Assembly (NCBI RefSeq): GCF_000374145.1
Contig: NZ_KB893654.1
Location: 520,995 to 584,994 of the forward strand
Length of the DNA stretch: 64,000 bases
DNA from: Neomegalonema perideroedes DSM 15528
GTDB taxonomy: Bacteria; Pseudomonadota; Alphaproteobacteria; Rhodobacterales; Rhodobacteraceae
Direction: 5' to 3'
Shown here: positions 28,391 to 38,360 of the stretch, piece after piece
Position numbering within the stretch: position 1 is the first letter of the stretch
Layout of the letters: every line of letters starts with the position of its first letter
Notes under the pieces: generated by a model
Told to the model about the DNA's origin: nothing
Seen by the model: only the letters and a program-made list of their open reading frames with translations
Databases searched by the model: none
Made by a program: the position numbers and the translations under genes

Positions 28391-29680
28391 ATGCAGACGA
28401 ATTTCACGCCCGAGCTTCTGAAAGACCCGGATATGGCGCGTTCGGAGAGCGTCTTGCGTCGCTGCGTGCATTGCGGCTTCTGCACGGCGACTTGTCCGAC
28501 CTTTCAGCTGCTCGGCGACGAGGCGGATTCTCCGCGCGGCCGGATCTATATGATCAAGGACATGCTGGAGGCGAATCGTCCCGCCGACGCCTCCACGGTG
28601 AAGCATGTGGACCGCTGCCTCTCCTGCCTCTCCTGCATGACGACTTGTCCCTCGGGCGTGCATTACATGCATCTCGTGGACCACGCCCGCGCCCATATCG
28701 AGGCCACTTATAAGCGCCCTCTGCCGGAGCGGCTCCTCCGGCGGATGCTGGCGGTGGTGCTGCCTTCGCCGGGACTCTTTCGGGCGAGCCTGATCGGGGC
28801 GCGTCTGGCCAAGCCCTTCGCGCGGTTTCTGCCGGGGCGGCTCAAGGGCATGGTCGCCATGGCGCCCAAAAGCCTGCCCAAACCCTTCGACGTTAGCCCC
28901 CGGATCATCCCCGCCCAAGGCGAAAGGCGGATGCGCGTCGCTCTGCTGACCGGCTGCGCGCAAAACGTGTTGGATCCCGAGATCAACGAGGCCACCATCC
29001 GCCTGCTGACCCGTCATGGCGTCGAGGTCTGCCTCGCCGAGGGCGCGGGCTGCTGCGGGGCGCTCACGCATCATATGGGCTTCACCGGGAGCGCCCATGC
29101 GGCGGCGGCGGGGAACATCCGCGCCTGGATGCGTCTGCGCGAGGAGAAAGGCGGGCTCGACGCCGTGGTGATCAACGCTTCGGGCTGCGGCACCACCGTC
29201 AAGGATTACGGCCATATGTTCCGCGCCGATCCGACTTTGGCCGAAGCGGCGGCGGTGATCGCCGGATTGGCCAAGGACGTCACCGAGGTCATGGAGAGCC
29301 TCGGCTTGAAGCCCTCCGGCGAGACGCCCGCTCTGAAGGTGGCCTATCATTCGGCCTGCTCGCTGCAACATGGGCAGAAGATCGCGCAGGCGCCGAAGAC
29401 TCTGCTGAAAAAGGCGGGATTCTCCGTGGTGGAGCCTGCGGAGGGTCATCTCTGCTGCGGTTCGGCGGGGACGTATAATCTGCTCCAGCCCGAGATCGCG
29501 GGGAAGCTCAAGGCGAGGAAGCTCGCGAACCTCGCCCGCACCAAGCCCGACGTCATCGCGGCGGGGAACATCGGCTGCATGACTCAGTTGTCCGAGGGCG
29601 CTCCCGCGCCTATCGTCCATACGGCGCAATTGCTCGATTGGGCGACGGGCGGTCCGCGTCCTGCGGCGATCCCCGCCTGA
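28391..29680 (+). CDS. glcF: glycolate oxidase iron-sulfur subunit GlcF
   Basis: ORF 28391..29680. Two CxxCxxCxxxCP ferredoxin-type motifs and CCG domains. Confidence 0.85.
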   Translation: MQTNFTPELLKDPDMARSESVLRRCVHCGFCTATCPTFQLLGDEADSPRGRIYMIKDMLEANRPADASTVKHVDRCLSCLSCMTTCPSGVHYMHLVDHARAHIEATYKRPLPERLLRRMLAVVLPSPGLFRASLIGARLAKPFARFLPGRLKGMVAMAPKSLPKPFDVSPRIIPAQGERRMRVALLTGCAQNVLDPEINEATIRLLTRHGVEVCLAEGAGCCGALTHHMGFTGSAHAAAAGNIRAWMRLREEKGGLDAVVINASGCGTTVKDYGHMFRADPTLAEAAAVIAGLAKDVTEVMESLGLKPSGETPALKVAYHSACSLQHGQKIAQAPKTLLKKAGFSVVEPAEGHLCCGSAGTYNLLQPEIAGKLKARKLANLARTKPDVIAAGNIGCMTQLSEGAPAPIVHTAQLLDWATGGPRPAAIPA

Positions 29681-29706
29681 GGCCGCCCCCTCACAGGAGA
29701 AACCCC

Positions 29707-29982
29707 ATGACCCCCGCTCGCCTGACGTTGCTCCTCGTCGCGCCTGTGCTGCTCGCGGCCTGCGCCTCCCGGAGCTCCTCCTCTTCGGATTATTCGGACG
29801 CGCCTCCGCCTATGGCGGGCATGGGCAATCCCGCTTCGATCTACTGCGAGAGCGCGGAGATGCGCGGCGTGCTCAGCATCCGCCGGACTCCCGACGGCGG
29901 CGGAGAATACGGCGTCTGCATGCTGCCCGACGGGAGCGAGATGGAGGAATGGGCGCTCTTCCGCCGCGATCACCCGCAATAA
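29707..29982 (+). CDS. DUF333 domain lipoprotein (putative hemolysin-like)
   Basis: ATG at 29707. Lipobox LLAAC. NPASIYCES...GGEYGVCMLPDGSEMEEWA matches the DUF333 pattern. Confidence 0.6.
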   Translation: MTPARLTLLLVAPVLLAACASRSSSSSDYSDAPPPMAGMGNPASIYCESAEMRGVLSIRRTPDGGGEYGVCMLPDGSEMEEWALFRRDHPQ

Positions 29983-29985
29983 ATC

Positions 29986-30525
29986 TCAGCCGAGCGCCGC
30001 ATCCACGGCGGCGAGCAGGCGCGGATCCTCCGGCGTCACGCCCGAGGCGAAGCGCGCCAGAGGAACGCCGTCGCGGCCGATGAGGAATTTCTCGAAATTC
30101 CACAGGACTTCGCCCGGCGCTCCCGGCCTGATCCCATAGCGCGCGAGATCAGCGGCGGTCGCTGCGCCGTCGAGCGCCTCCGGCAGGGCTTGGGTCAGCG
30201 CGGCATAAAGCGGATGCTTCTCCGGCCCCGTCGCGACGATCTTAGCGAACATGGGGAAATTCACGCCATAGGTCGCCGAGCAGAATGCGGCGATTTCGGC
30301 TTCGCTTCCGGGCTCTTGTCCGCCGAAGTCGTTGGCGGGAAAGCCGAGGATCTCGAAGCCTTGCGCGGCCTTAGCTTCGTAAAGCGCCTCCAGCCCGGCG
30401 TATTGCTTCGTGAAGCCGCATTTCGAGGCCGCGTTGACGATCAGCAGAACCTTCCCCGCATGAGCGGAGAGGCTGTCTTGCGCGCCGTCGATGCGCGTCA
30501 GAGGGATTTCGGCGAGAGCGGTCAT
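29986..30525 (-). CDS. glutathione peroxidase
   Basis: Internal start MTALAEIPL at 30525 of ORF 29986..30795. NAASKCGFT active site, FPANDFGGQEPG, WNFEKFL motifs. Confidence 0.9.
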   Translation of the reverse strand: MTALAEIPLTRIDGAQDSLSAHAGKVLLIVNAASKCGFTKQYAGLEALYEAKAAQGFEILGFPANDFGGQEPGSEAEIAAFCSATYGVNFPMFAKIVATGPEKHPLYAALTQALPEALDGAATAADLARYGIRPGAPGEVLWNFEKFLIGRDGVPLARFASGVTPEDPRLLAAVDAALG

Positions 30526-30546
30526 AGAGGGGCCTTTCGCTGGGAG

Positions 30547-30720
30547 GAGCGTTTTCCAGCGAAGCTGTAAAGCTTCGCGTCGTGAACACGCGACCAGACA
30601 AGAAGCAGGAGCGTTTTCCAGCGAAGCTGTAAAGCTTCGCGTCGTGAACACGCGACCAGACAAGAACCGGGAGCGTTTTCCAGCGGAGCCGCAAGGCTTC
30701 GCGTCATAAAAACGCGACCA
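30547..30720. repeat. tandem array of three REP-like elements (62-bp period)
   Basis: The unit gagcgttttccagcgaagctgtaaagcttcgcgtcgtgaacacgcgaccagacaagaa is repeated at 30547 and 30609. A degenerate copy sits at 30671. Each unit is an imperfect palindrome. Confidence 0.8.
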
Positions 30721-30809
30721 GCTCGCATATGAGCCTCGCCCCCGCCGGGGCGCAACCCCTCTCCGGGTTTGCCGGGCCTCCGGCCGCCCTCGCAAGGCTG
30801 TGAGCCCTC

Positions 30810-31307
30810 TTGTCGGATGCTCCGGATTCGCTCAATCTATGGGCGTTCATGGAGGCTGAAATGCACTTCAAGCGCATCTGGGGGGCCTCGCCCGCCCGCA
30901 AGCTGATGACCGTGGCCCTGATCCTGCTCTTCGCGTCGCAATTCTTCATCTATCAGAATTACAGCGGCCATTCGATGATGACCGTGGGGATCGGCTTCGA
31001 GAGCACCACCATCACCCATTGGTTCGGACAAGAGGAAGGCGCGGGCTGGGAGCTGCACTCCCATGCTTATGTGATCATCGCCGCCCTTGCGCTGATCTAT
31101 CTCAATGAGATCTCCGAGACCGAATTTTGGTCCCGATGGGGCTGGTGGCTGACCATTCCCCTCTTCTGGATCGCCTCTTCTCCGGGCGGGATCTCCGCGC
31201 CGGGCGCGAAGATGGGCATGGCCGCGGTTCTGCTGGCTCTGGCCGCCGCCGTGGCGAATCTCTTCGAGCGCCGGGCCGCGAGGCGGGCGCTTTCGCCTTC
31301 ATCGTGA
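30810..31307 (+). CDS. hypothetical small membrane protein
   Basis: ORF 30810..31307, with several hydrophobic helices. Somewhat lower GC than its surroundings. True start may be a later Met. Confidence 0.45.
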   Translation: MSDAPDSLNLWAFMEAEMHFKRIWGASPARKLMTVALILLFASQFFIYQNYSGHSMMTVGIGFESTTITHWFGQEEGAGWELHSHAYVIIAALALIYLNEISETEFWSRWGWWLTIPLFWIASSPGGISAPGAKMGMAAVLLALAAAVANLFERRAARRALSPSS

Positions 31308-31360
31308 AGCTAAAGGCCCGGAGCCCCTCGCAGGGCTCCGGACCTCGCTTCAGCCTGAGC

Positions 31361-31406
31361 GCGTTTTCACGACGCGAAGCCGAAGCGGCTTCGCTGGAAA
31401 ACGCTC
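31361..31406. repeat. REP-like element (copy c, inverted orientation)
   Basis: gcgttttcacgacgcgaagc-cgaagcg-gcttcgctggaaaacgctc. It is the reverse complement of the 30547 unit. Confidence 0.75.
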
Positions 31407-32596
31407 TAGGAATCGAGCTTCGCCACGTCGAGCAGCCCCTTGGGGCCGCCATAGACGATCAGCCGCTCGACCTTGCTCGCCACGGCCTCCAGAGCCTCCA
31501 GCTCCTTGAGCCGCATCATGGCGGGGTTCTCCGTCATGAGCTTCGCCGTGTTGAGCAGCGAGCGCGTGGCGGCGGTCTCCTCGCGGCGACGCACGACGTT
31601 GGCCTCGGCCTCCTTCTCGGCGGCGACGACGCGATTGAGGATCTCGCGCATCTCGCCGGGCAGGATGACGTCCTTCATCTCCACCGCCCCGACCTCAAGG
31701 CCGATGGCGGCCATTTCGGCGCGCAGCTTGGCGGCGGCGGCCTCGTCCACGGCGACCCGCTCGGAGAGCAGGGCGTCGAGGGTCCGGGCGCTGACCGTGG
31801 CGCGCATGGCCATCTGAATCGCCAGATGCAAAGCCTGCTCATAGCCGCTCGCGGCGGTCAGCACGAGCTGCGGATCGGCCACCCGATAGCTCGCGGCGGC
31901 GCTGAGCCTCAGGCTCACGCGGTCGGCGGTCATGATGTCCTGACCGGAGACGTCGAGGCTGCGCGTCCGCAGATCCACGAGATGCGCCGTCACGAGGTCG
32001 TTCGGCGACCAGAAGCCGCGCAGACCCGCGCCGTAGCCGCCCTGATGGACGCCGCCCACGAAGATCTGGACGCTCTGGCCCTGCTGCGGATTGACGATCA
32101 CGGCGGCCGCGATTCCGCCCGGCGCCTTGAGCAGGCGCGGAGCCAAAGCGGCGGGGATCTCCTCGCCGTCGCGGGGCGTGAGCTTCTCCATGCGGAAGGG
32201 GCCGAGCGCCGTCCAGTAGGCGACGCGGGATTCCGGCGGCAAAGCCGCGTAAAGCGCTTCTGCGCGATAGATCAGACCCACTTCGCCGGGGCCGGTGACC
32301 ATCTCGGCCACATCCTCGCCCGCGCGGCCCTCGCGGAGCATCGCCAGCGCATAGGCCGAACGCACCTCCGGGGCGGCGGACAAAGTCTCGACGGCCAGTC
32401 CGAATTCTTCGAAGCGGCCCGTCAGGGCGTGTTCGCCGGGGCCGAAGATTCCCAGAGCCCGGCCGTTCTTCAGAGGCATGGCGCGCTCGGTCTGGTCCAC
32501 CGAGAGGACGGCGCGGCCGAGCAGGCCGTCGAGCGCGCTCGCCGAGATGCGGGAGCGGCCCATGCTTTGGGTCTTGGAGGCGAAAAGCCGGGACAT
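31406..32596 (-). CDS. SPFH/band-7 domain protein (stomatin/prohibitin-like)
   Basis: ORF 31406..32596. C-terminal half carries the SPFH core and a coiled coil (VILPGEMREILNRVVAAEKEAEANVVRRRE). Confidence 0.7.
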   Translation of the reverse strand: MSRLFASKTQSMGRSRISASALDGLLGRAVLSVDQTERAMPLKNGRALGIFGPGEHALTGRFEEFGLAVETLSAAPEVRSAYALAMLREGRAGEDVAEMVTGPGEVGLIYRAEALYAALPPESRVAYWTALGPFRMEKLTPRDGEEIPAALAPRLLKAPGGIAAAVIVNPQQGQSVQIFVGGVHQGGYGAGLRGFWSPNDLVTAHLVDLRTRSLDVSGQDIMTADRVSLRLSAAASYRVADPQLVLTAASGYEQALHLAIQMAMRATVSARTLDALLSERVAVDEAAAAKLRAEMAAIGLEVGAVEMKDVILPGEMREILNRVVAAEKEAEANVVRRREETAATRSLLNTAKLMTENPAMMRLKELEALEAVASKVERLIVYGGPKGLLDVAKLDS

Positions 32597-32680
32597 GATC
32601 GGAATCCTGAAGTTGGGCGATGCTGAGAGCGTCGTCCGATCATGCCTGATCGTTCACACGCTCTAACTCTTTATTTCGTC

Positions 32681-32726
32681 GCGCTTTCACGACGCGAAAC
32701 CTGATCGGTTCCGCTGGCGGGCGCTC
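32681..32726. repeat. REP-like element (copy d, degenerate)
   Basis: gcgctttcacgacgcgaaac...ccgctggcgggcgctc. Same half-site organisation as the other copies. Confidence 0.5.
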
Positions 32727-33293
32727 TGTCGTCGCATGGAGCCTGAAGGGTTGGAGGTTGAAAGAGAGAGGCGCGGGGCCTCCGAAGCCTCAGGGGGCTT
32801 TCGCCTGAAGGGAGGGAGAAGACCTGAGGCGGGGCCTGCGCCGCCTCCCGCGCCGAGGCTCGGGATGGGGGCGGAGGCTTGGCCTCAAGCCGTCGCCGTC
32901 TTCGGCGGAGGCGCGGCCTTGCGCCGCCTCGCCCGACCCGAAGGCCCTGCGCGGCGGAGAGGCTCCGAAGACCCTGCTGAGCAGAATCACGGATTCGAAC
33001 CGACAACGCCCTTCCTGTGGGAAAGGCGGCTCGCCAAATGAGCATGAGCAGAGGGGTGGGCCAATGTTCTCCGCGTGGCGGGGAACGGGGGAACGACGTC
33101 GGATCTTCCGGACGGAACACGGCAGGGAAAAGCCCTCCGCGCCGGTGCGCCCCCGATCTCTCGGGAAGACGCGACGATTCCGGCGAGCCGAAGCATCGTG
33201 GCGGCAGAAAGCCGCGAATCGCCGCTTCTTGCAAGATGTTCCGAGGGGGCGGCGCAGGAAATCTCAAAAGGGGACGATTGCGTTGCGTGAAAG

Positions 33294-34244
33294 CTACAAC
33301 TCGACCCCCTCATAGGCCCCCGCCGCGATCCACCAGCCGCGCGGCGCCCCGGCGCGCAGAGCTTGGGCGGCCTTTTCGGCCTCGGCGAGATTCGGAAAGA
33401 GGCCGAAGCAGGTGGCGCCGCTGCCCGACATCCGCGCCAGAGGCGCCCCCTCGGCCCTCAAGGCCGCCAGAATCTCGCCGAGGACCGGAAGGCGCGCGAG
33501 GGCGGGCGGCTCCAGATCATTGCGGGTCTTCTCGCTCAGCCAAAGCGCGAACTCCGCCGCGCCGAGGCCCTGAGGGATCTCGGGCGGGGGCGGATTTTCG
33601 CGGCTCTCCAGCAGGCGGAAGATCTCCGGCGTGGAGAGCCCCGCGCCCGGATTGATCAGAACCAAAGCCCCCGCAGGCGGGGCGGCGGGCGTCAGATCCT
33701 CGCCGATTCCCCGCATCCGCGTCGGACGCGAGGCGAGGCAGACCGGGACGTCCGCGCCGAGATTCAGCGCGATCCGCGCCAGATCCGCCGCCGGAATCTC
33801 CAGCCCCCAAAGCCGGACCAGCAGCCGCAGAGCCGCCGCCGCGTCGGCCGAGCCGCCGCCGATCCCCGAAGCCACAGGGAGGTTCTTCTCCAGCGTCATG
33901 GCCGCGCCGGAGTCGGGAGAAGCCGCGCGCAGAGCCTCCGCCGCGCGCAGGACCAGATTATCCGGCGGCGCGAGGGCGGGCAGATAGCAGACGGGCGAGG
34001 AAAGTTCGATCTCGGGCGCCGCCGCAGCCGGCGCGAGGTCCGGGCCGAAGGGGCCTTCCAGCGCTAAGCCGAGGCTCAGGGCGGCGCGGGCCGTCAGGCG
34101 GTCGCCGATTTCGGGGAAGACCACGAGGCTGTCGAGCAGATGATAGCCGTCGGCCCGGCGGCCGACGACATGCAGCGCCAGATTGATTTTCGCGCGGGCG
34201 AATTCGGAATCCTCGCCCGCGCTCCTCCGCGGAGGAGGGGTCAT
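33294..34244 (-). CDS. ispE: 4-(cytidine 5'-diphospho)-2-C-methyl-D-erythritol kinase
   Basis: ORF 33294..34244. KINLALHVVGRRADGYH and the PVASGIGGGSADAAA GHMP-kinase motif. Confidence 0.9.
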   Translation of the reverse strand: MTPPPRRSAGEDSEFARAKINLALHVVGRRADGYHLLDSLVVFPEIGDRLTARAALSLGLALEGPFGPDLAPAAAAPEIELSSPVCYLPALAPPDNLVLRAAEALRAASPDSGAAMTLEKNLPVASGIGGGSADAAAALRLLVRLWGLEIPAADLARIALNLGADVPVCLASRPTRMRGIGEDLTPAAPPAGALVLINPGAGLSTPEIFRLLESRENPPPPEIPQGLGAAEFALWLSEKTRNDLEPPALARLPVLGEILAALRAEGAPLARMSGSGATCFGLFPNLAEAEKAAQALRAGAPRGWWIAAGAYEGVEL

Positions 34245-36022
34245 TCCTTGGCCGGGGCCTCAGGAGCGGGGTCGGAGGGCGCCGCCGCGAGCGCCGCGCG
34301 CTCCTCCAGCACCACCTTGTCCAGACCCACGTCGAGCTTGCGCAGAATGCGGGTCTTCTCCTTCTCCTCGGGGTCGAAGGAGAGGGCGCGCTTCCACTGG
34401 AATTCGGCCTCCAGACGGCGGCCCACCATCCAGAGCGCGTCGCCGAGATGGTCGTTGATCACCGGATCGGTCGGATCCAGCTCCACGGCGCGTTCGAGCT
34501 GCACGGCGGCTTCGTCCATGTCGCCGAGCTTGAAGAGCGCCCAACCGTAGGAATCGACGATGTAGCCCGCGTTCGGCGCCAGCCCCACCGCCTCTTTGAG
34601 CATCTCCAGAGCCTCCGGCAGATTCTCGTCGCGGTCGATCCAGCTATAGGCGAGGTAGTTCATCACCGAAGGCTCGCCGGGATTGATCTCCAGCGATTTG
34701 CGGAAATCGCGCTCGGCCTCGGGCCAGGAGCCGCGGCGCTCGTTGGCCACGCCGCGGAAGTAATAGATCGGCCAATCGCGCGAGGCCTCGCTGTTCGGGC
34801 GCAGCGCCAGAGCGGAATCATAGGCGCGCACGGCCTCCGGGAAACGCTCTTCGCCGCGCAGCAGATCGCCGAGCGCCACATGCAGATCGGCGTCGCGCGG
34901 GGTGCGGGCGATCAGGCCGTTCACGGCGACGATGGCCTCGTCGATCCGGCCCATGCGCGCGAGGGCGTCGGCGCGGTCGACTTGGGCGACGTCGTAATAG
35001 ACGCCGGAATCGGCGGGCACGGCGCCATAGGCCTGTTCGGCCTCGGCGTGGCGCTGAAGGCTCTCCCAGATGCGCCCGAGCGAGAGGCGCACCGCCGGAG
35101 ACTGCGGATCCAGATGCAGCGCCAGCCGCAGATAGAGCAGGGCGTAGGCGGGGCTCTCCTCGGCGCCGAAGATCTCGCTGAGGCCGAAGAGCGCTTCGGC
35201 GGCGCCTTGCTTGGCGTCGGAGGCGAGCAGGCCGGGGGCGGGGGAATCGGCCTTGTCGGCGCGCTCCAGAGCGGCGGCGAGGATGCGGTCTCCGGACATG
35301 CCCTCCATGGCGTCGCGATAGAGCGCGGCGGCCTTCTCCTTCTCGCCCCGGTTTTCGAGGAAGCGGCCGAAGGCCTCGATCACGCGGCGGTTGGGCTCGT
35401 CGAGATCGGCGAGGGCGGCGCTGAAGCGCTCTTCGGCGGCCTCGTCCTCTCCGGCGATGGAGGCGGCGAGGGCGCCGTTATAGCGGCCGAAGAGCCGCGC
35501 GAGGGCGCCGCGGTCCATGGAGGCGAAGGTCTTGAGGGCTTCGGCGGAATCTCCGGCCTCGACCTGCGCCCAGCCGAGCAGCAGCTTGCCGACGATGGGC
35601 GGGAAGGCCTGAGGCGCGAGCGTGAGGATGCGCTCTTCGGCGACCTTCGGGACGCCCGAGGCGATTTCGGCCACCGCGAGGGTCAGATGGGCGAGGCGGT
35701 TGTTGGCGTCGCGGGCCACGAGGCGCTCGGCCACGTCGAGGGATTTCTCCATCTCTCCGGCGACCACGCCGTAGAGCAGCGCCTGTTCGAGGAAGTCGCG
35801 GTTCTGCGGATCCTGCGCGAGGGCGTCGCCGAAGCGGCGGGCGGCCTGAGCGTAATCGCCCGCGACCACGGCGTGCTGAGCCGCCAGATAGGCGCCCGAG
35901 ACGCTGCGGGCCTGAGCGGCTCCGGGAAGACTCAGGGCGGCGACGCTGCTCAGGAGGGTTCCGGCGAAGAGCGCGGCGGCGCGGGCTCGGCGAAGACGGG
36001 AGAAGGAGATGCGTTGCGTCAC
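34241..36022 (-). CDS. periplasmic TPR-repeat protein
   Basis: ORF 34241..36022. Signal peptide, then many TPR units. Its stop overlaps the ispE start (ATGA). Confidence 0.75.
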   Translation of the reverse strand: MTQRISFSRLRRARAAALFAGTLLSSVAALSLPGAAQARSVSGAYLAAQHAVVAGDYAQAARRFGDALAQDPQNRDFLEQALLYGVVAGEMEKSLDVAERLVARDANNRLAHLTLAVAEIASGVPKVAEERILTLAPQAFPPIVGKLLLGWAQVEAGDSAEALKTFASMDRGALARLFGRYNGALAASIAGEDEAAEERFSAALADLDEPNRRVIEAFGRFLENRGEKEKAAALYRDAMEGMSGDRILAAALERADKADSPAPGLLASDAKQGAAEALFGLSEIFGAEESPAYALLYLRLALHLDPQSPAVRLSLGRIWESLQRHAEAEQAYGAVPADSGVYYDVAQVDRADALARMGRIDEAIVAVNGLIARTPRDADLHVALGDLLRGEERFPEAVRAYDSALALRPNSEASRDWPIYYFRGVANERRGSWPEAERDFRKSLEINPGEPSVMNYLAYSWIDRDENLPEALEMLKEAVGLAPNAGYIVDSYGWALFKLGDMDEAAVQLERAVELDPTDPVINDHLGDALWMVGRRLEAEFQWKRALSFDPEEKEKTRILRKLDVGLDKVVLEERAALAAAPSDPAPEAPAKE

Positions 36023-36192
36023 GACGGCGCCTTTACGTTTGGACGAAGTTGCGCCCCCGTCGCACTGGCGCGGAGACGATCTTTTGTCTATTGCGGCGAT
36101 TAAGGAGAGGATACCGGAACGTCGATTTTCACCATAATCCGCCCGGACATGAGGAGGTTCGTCATGGGATTCTTTTTCTTACTGTGTCTGAA

Positions 36193-37050
36193 ATGACGCA
36201 GGATTTCGAGAAAAATCCATATGCTTTCCGCAAGATGCATGGTCTTGGGAACGATTTCGTGATCCTCGATCGCCGGATGGGCGGTTTTCCGATCACGCCC
36301 GAACGCGCCCGGCGCATCGCGGATCGCCGGCGGGGCGTGGGCTTCGATCAGCTGGTGGTTCTGGAGCCTTCGGCCCGGGCGGCGGCGCGGATGGTCATCC
36401 TCAATCCCGACGGCTCCGAATCGGGCGCCTGCGGCAACGCCACGCGCTGCGTGGCGCGTCTGCTCATGGAGGAGAGGGGCGCGCGGGCTCTGACGGTGGA
36501 GACGGCGGCGGGGCTGCTCGCCTGCGAGGCTCTGGCGGACGGGCGCTATCGGGTGAACATGGGGCCTCCGCGTCTGGACTGGCGCGAGATTCCCATGTCG
36601 CGGCCCATGGCGACGGATCGTCTGGATTTCGCGCCGCCCGGCTTCGCGGGCGAGGTTTTGGGCGCGGGCGCGGCGAATATGGGCAATCCGCATGTGGCGT
36701 TTTTCGTGAAGGACGCCGAGGCGGTTCCGCTGGCCGAGATCGGGCCTCGGGTGGAGCATGATCCTTTATTCCCTGAGCGGATCAATGTGGAGTTCTGTCA
36801 GGTTCTGGCGCCGGACCGGATTCGGATGCGCGTCTGGGAGCGGGGCGCGGGGATCACGGAGGCTTGCGGCTCGGGGGCCTGCGCGACGGTGGTCGCGGGG
36901 GCGCGGCTGGGTCTGACGGGGCGTCGGGCGGAGGTGATCCTCGACGGCGGGAGCCTTGAGATCGACTGGACGGAGTCCGGCGTGCTGATGACCGGCCCGG
37001 CGGCGCTGAGCTATGTGGGGGCGCTCGACGCGGGGCTGGCGGGGGATTAA
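36193..37050 (+). CDS. dapF: diaminopimelate epimerase
   Basis: ATG at 36193 of ORF 36049..37050. FRKMHGLGNDFVILD and the ...GNPH..../...CGSGACA active-site Cys regions. Confidence 0.9.
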   Translation: MTQDFEKNPYAFRKMHGLGNDFVILDRRMGGFPITPERARRIADRRRGVGFDQLVVLEPSARAAARMVILNPDGSESGACGNATRCVARLLMEERGARALTVETAAGLLACEALADGRYRVNMGPPRLDWREIPMSRPMATDRLDFAPPGFAGEVLGAGAANMGNPHVAFFVKDAEAVPLAEIGPRVEHDPLFPERINVEFCQVLAPDRIRMRVWERGAGITEACGSGACATVVAGARLGLTGRRAEVILDGGSLEIDWTESGVLMTGPAALSYVGALDAGLAGD

Positions 37051-37586
37051 CGCCGCCAGACCTCGCGGATCACGCCGTCCTTCGCCTGAAGCGCGGCGCG
37101 GGCGGCCTCCAGAGAAAACCCCGGCAGGGCGGAAAGCGCGTCGGGAATCGCGTCCTCGGGGTCTTCGGCCCGCGAGGCCGCGAAAGGCGGGCCGCTCCCC
37201 GCGCTGAGCAGCCAAAGCGCGGCTTCGGGCGTCGCGCCGGGGGCGACCTCCACCCGCGTCAGAGCCGCCGCCGAAACCTCTATCCGCCCGAAAGGCCCGA
37301 CTCGCCGGATGCGGCCCTCCTCCACGAAGATCCGGCCCTCGCCCACCTCGCCGAGCGCCGTTCCGGGTCGGCTCGCCGCCGCGCCGCGCTTATGGAGCCG
37401 CGCCCTCTGCGCCGCCACATAGAGCCAGCCCGCCAGAAGCGCCGCCACGAGAAAGCCCGCCCAACCGAGGAGCTGTCCGCGCGCCGCGCCGTTCAGAGAT
37501 TCCCGCATCACCCAAGCCAGCGCCAAAGCCACCGCCAGAGGCTCGGCCCAGCGGCGCAGCGTCGCCAGAGCTTCAGGCCGCATCAT
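37047..37586 (-). CDS. hypothetical membrane protein
   Basis: Internal start MMRPEALATL at 37586 of ORF 37047..37754. Its start overlaps the rsmE stop. Two TM helices. Confidence 0.45.
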   Translation of the reverse strand: MMRPEALATLRRWAEPLAVALALAWVMRESLNGAARGQLLGWAGFLVAALLAGWLYVAAQRARLHKRGAAASRPGTALGEVGEGRIFVEEGRIRRVGPFGRIEVSAAALTRVEVAPGATPEAALWLLSAGSGPPFAASRAEDPEDAIPDALSALPGFSLEAARAALQAKDGVIREVWRR

Positions 37587-38323
37587 GACCAATCTCCCAA
37601 AACGCTCTGCCAGACCGCCAGAGCCGCCGCCGCCGCCGTGTCGGCGCGCAGAATCCTCGGCCCGAGCGAAACCGCGAGGCTGAACTCCGAAGCCTTGAGC
37701 TTCGCCCGCTCCTCCGGCGAAAATCCGCCCTCCGGCCCGATGAGGATCGCCCAAGGCGCGCCTTTGGGCAGGCCGCGCAGGGCCTCATGGGCGGGCGGGG
37801 CGTCGCGGGCCTCGTCGCAGAACATCAACCGCCGCTCCACAGGCCAAGCCTCCAGAACCCGCGCCAGAGGCTCCGGCTCCGCCACCTCGGGGACGTAGAC
37901 TCCGCCGCATTGCTCCGCCGCCTCGACGGCGTGGACCTGAAGCCGCTCGGTTTTGACGCGCTCGGCGTTGGTGAAGCGCGTCAGCACGGGGCGGATGCGC
38001 CTTGCGCCCAGCTCCGCCGCCTTCTCGACGATGAAATCCGTGCGGGCCTTCTTGATCGGCGCGAAGAGCAGATCCACGTCCGGGGGAAGGGCGGCGGGGC
38101 GGGTCTGGGTCAGAATCTCAAGGCTGGCGGCGCGCTTGGCCGTCGGGGCGAGCCGCGCCCGCCATTCGCCGAAGGCGTTCCCGAAGACCGCGACCTCCGC
38201 CCCCGCCCCGAGCCGCATCACGCCCATGAGGTAATGCGCCTGTTCGGGCGCGAGCCGGATCTCCGCCCCCGCCTCCAGAGGCGCGGCGAGATGGAGCCTG
38301 ATTTTCGGCGTGGGATCGGTCAT
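37583..38323 (-). CDS. rsmE: 16S rRNA (uracil1498-N3)-methyltransferase
   Basis: Internal start MTDPTPKIRL at 38323 of ORF 37583..38413. PUA-like N-terminus and a SPOUT C-terminus (ILIGPEGGFSPEE). Confidence 0.8.
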   Translation of the reverse strand: MTDPTPKIRLHLAAPLEAGAEIRLAPEQAHYLMGVMRLGAGAEVAVFGNAFGEWRARLAPTAKRAASLEILTQTRPAALPPDVDLLFAPIKKARTDFIVEKAAELGARRIRPVLTRFTNAERVKTERLQVHAVEAAEQCGGVYVPEVAEPEPLARVLEAWPVERRLMFCDEARDAPPAHEALRGLPKGAPWAILIGPEGGFSPEERAKLKASEFSLAVSLGPRILRADTAAAAALAVWQSVLGDWS

Positions 38324-38360
38324 AAGGGGCCTCCGGAAGGACGGGAGAGGGATAACACGG

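Noticed and set aside
30547-30720. Possible CRISPR array (regular 62-bp repeats)
   Set aside because: The units abut directly without unique spacers. Each is an imperfect palindrome related to dispersed single copies elsewhere. No cas genes are present in the window.
30371-30755. Overlapping ~70-107-aa ORFs sharing the peptides VFTTRSFTASLENAP and REALQLRWKTL, with similar peptides at 54907 and 57740
   Set aside because: They are produced by translating the tandem and dispersed REP-like repeats. The repetition is at the DNA level and the ORFs lie entirely within intergenic repeat arrays.
32985-33010. GGATTCGAACC (reverse complement of the classic tRNA T-loop GGTTCGAATCC) suggesting a minus-strand tRNA
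   Set aside because: The flanking bases give only a 3-bp T-stem. No acceptor stem, TGG/CCA context or D/anticodon arms could be assembled by hand. It is kept only as a candidate ncRNA remnant in the findings.
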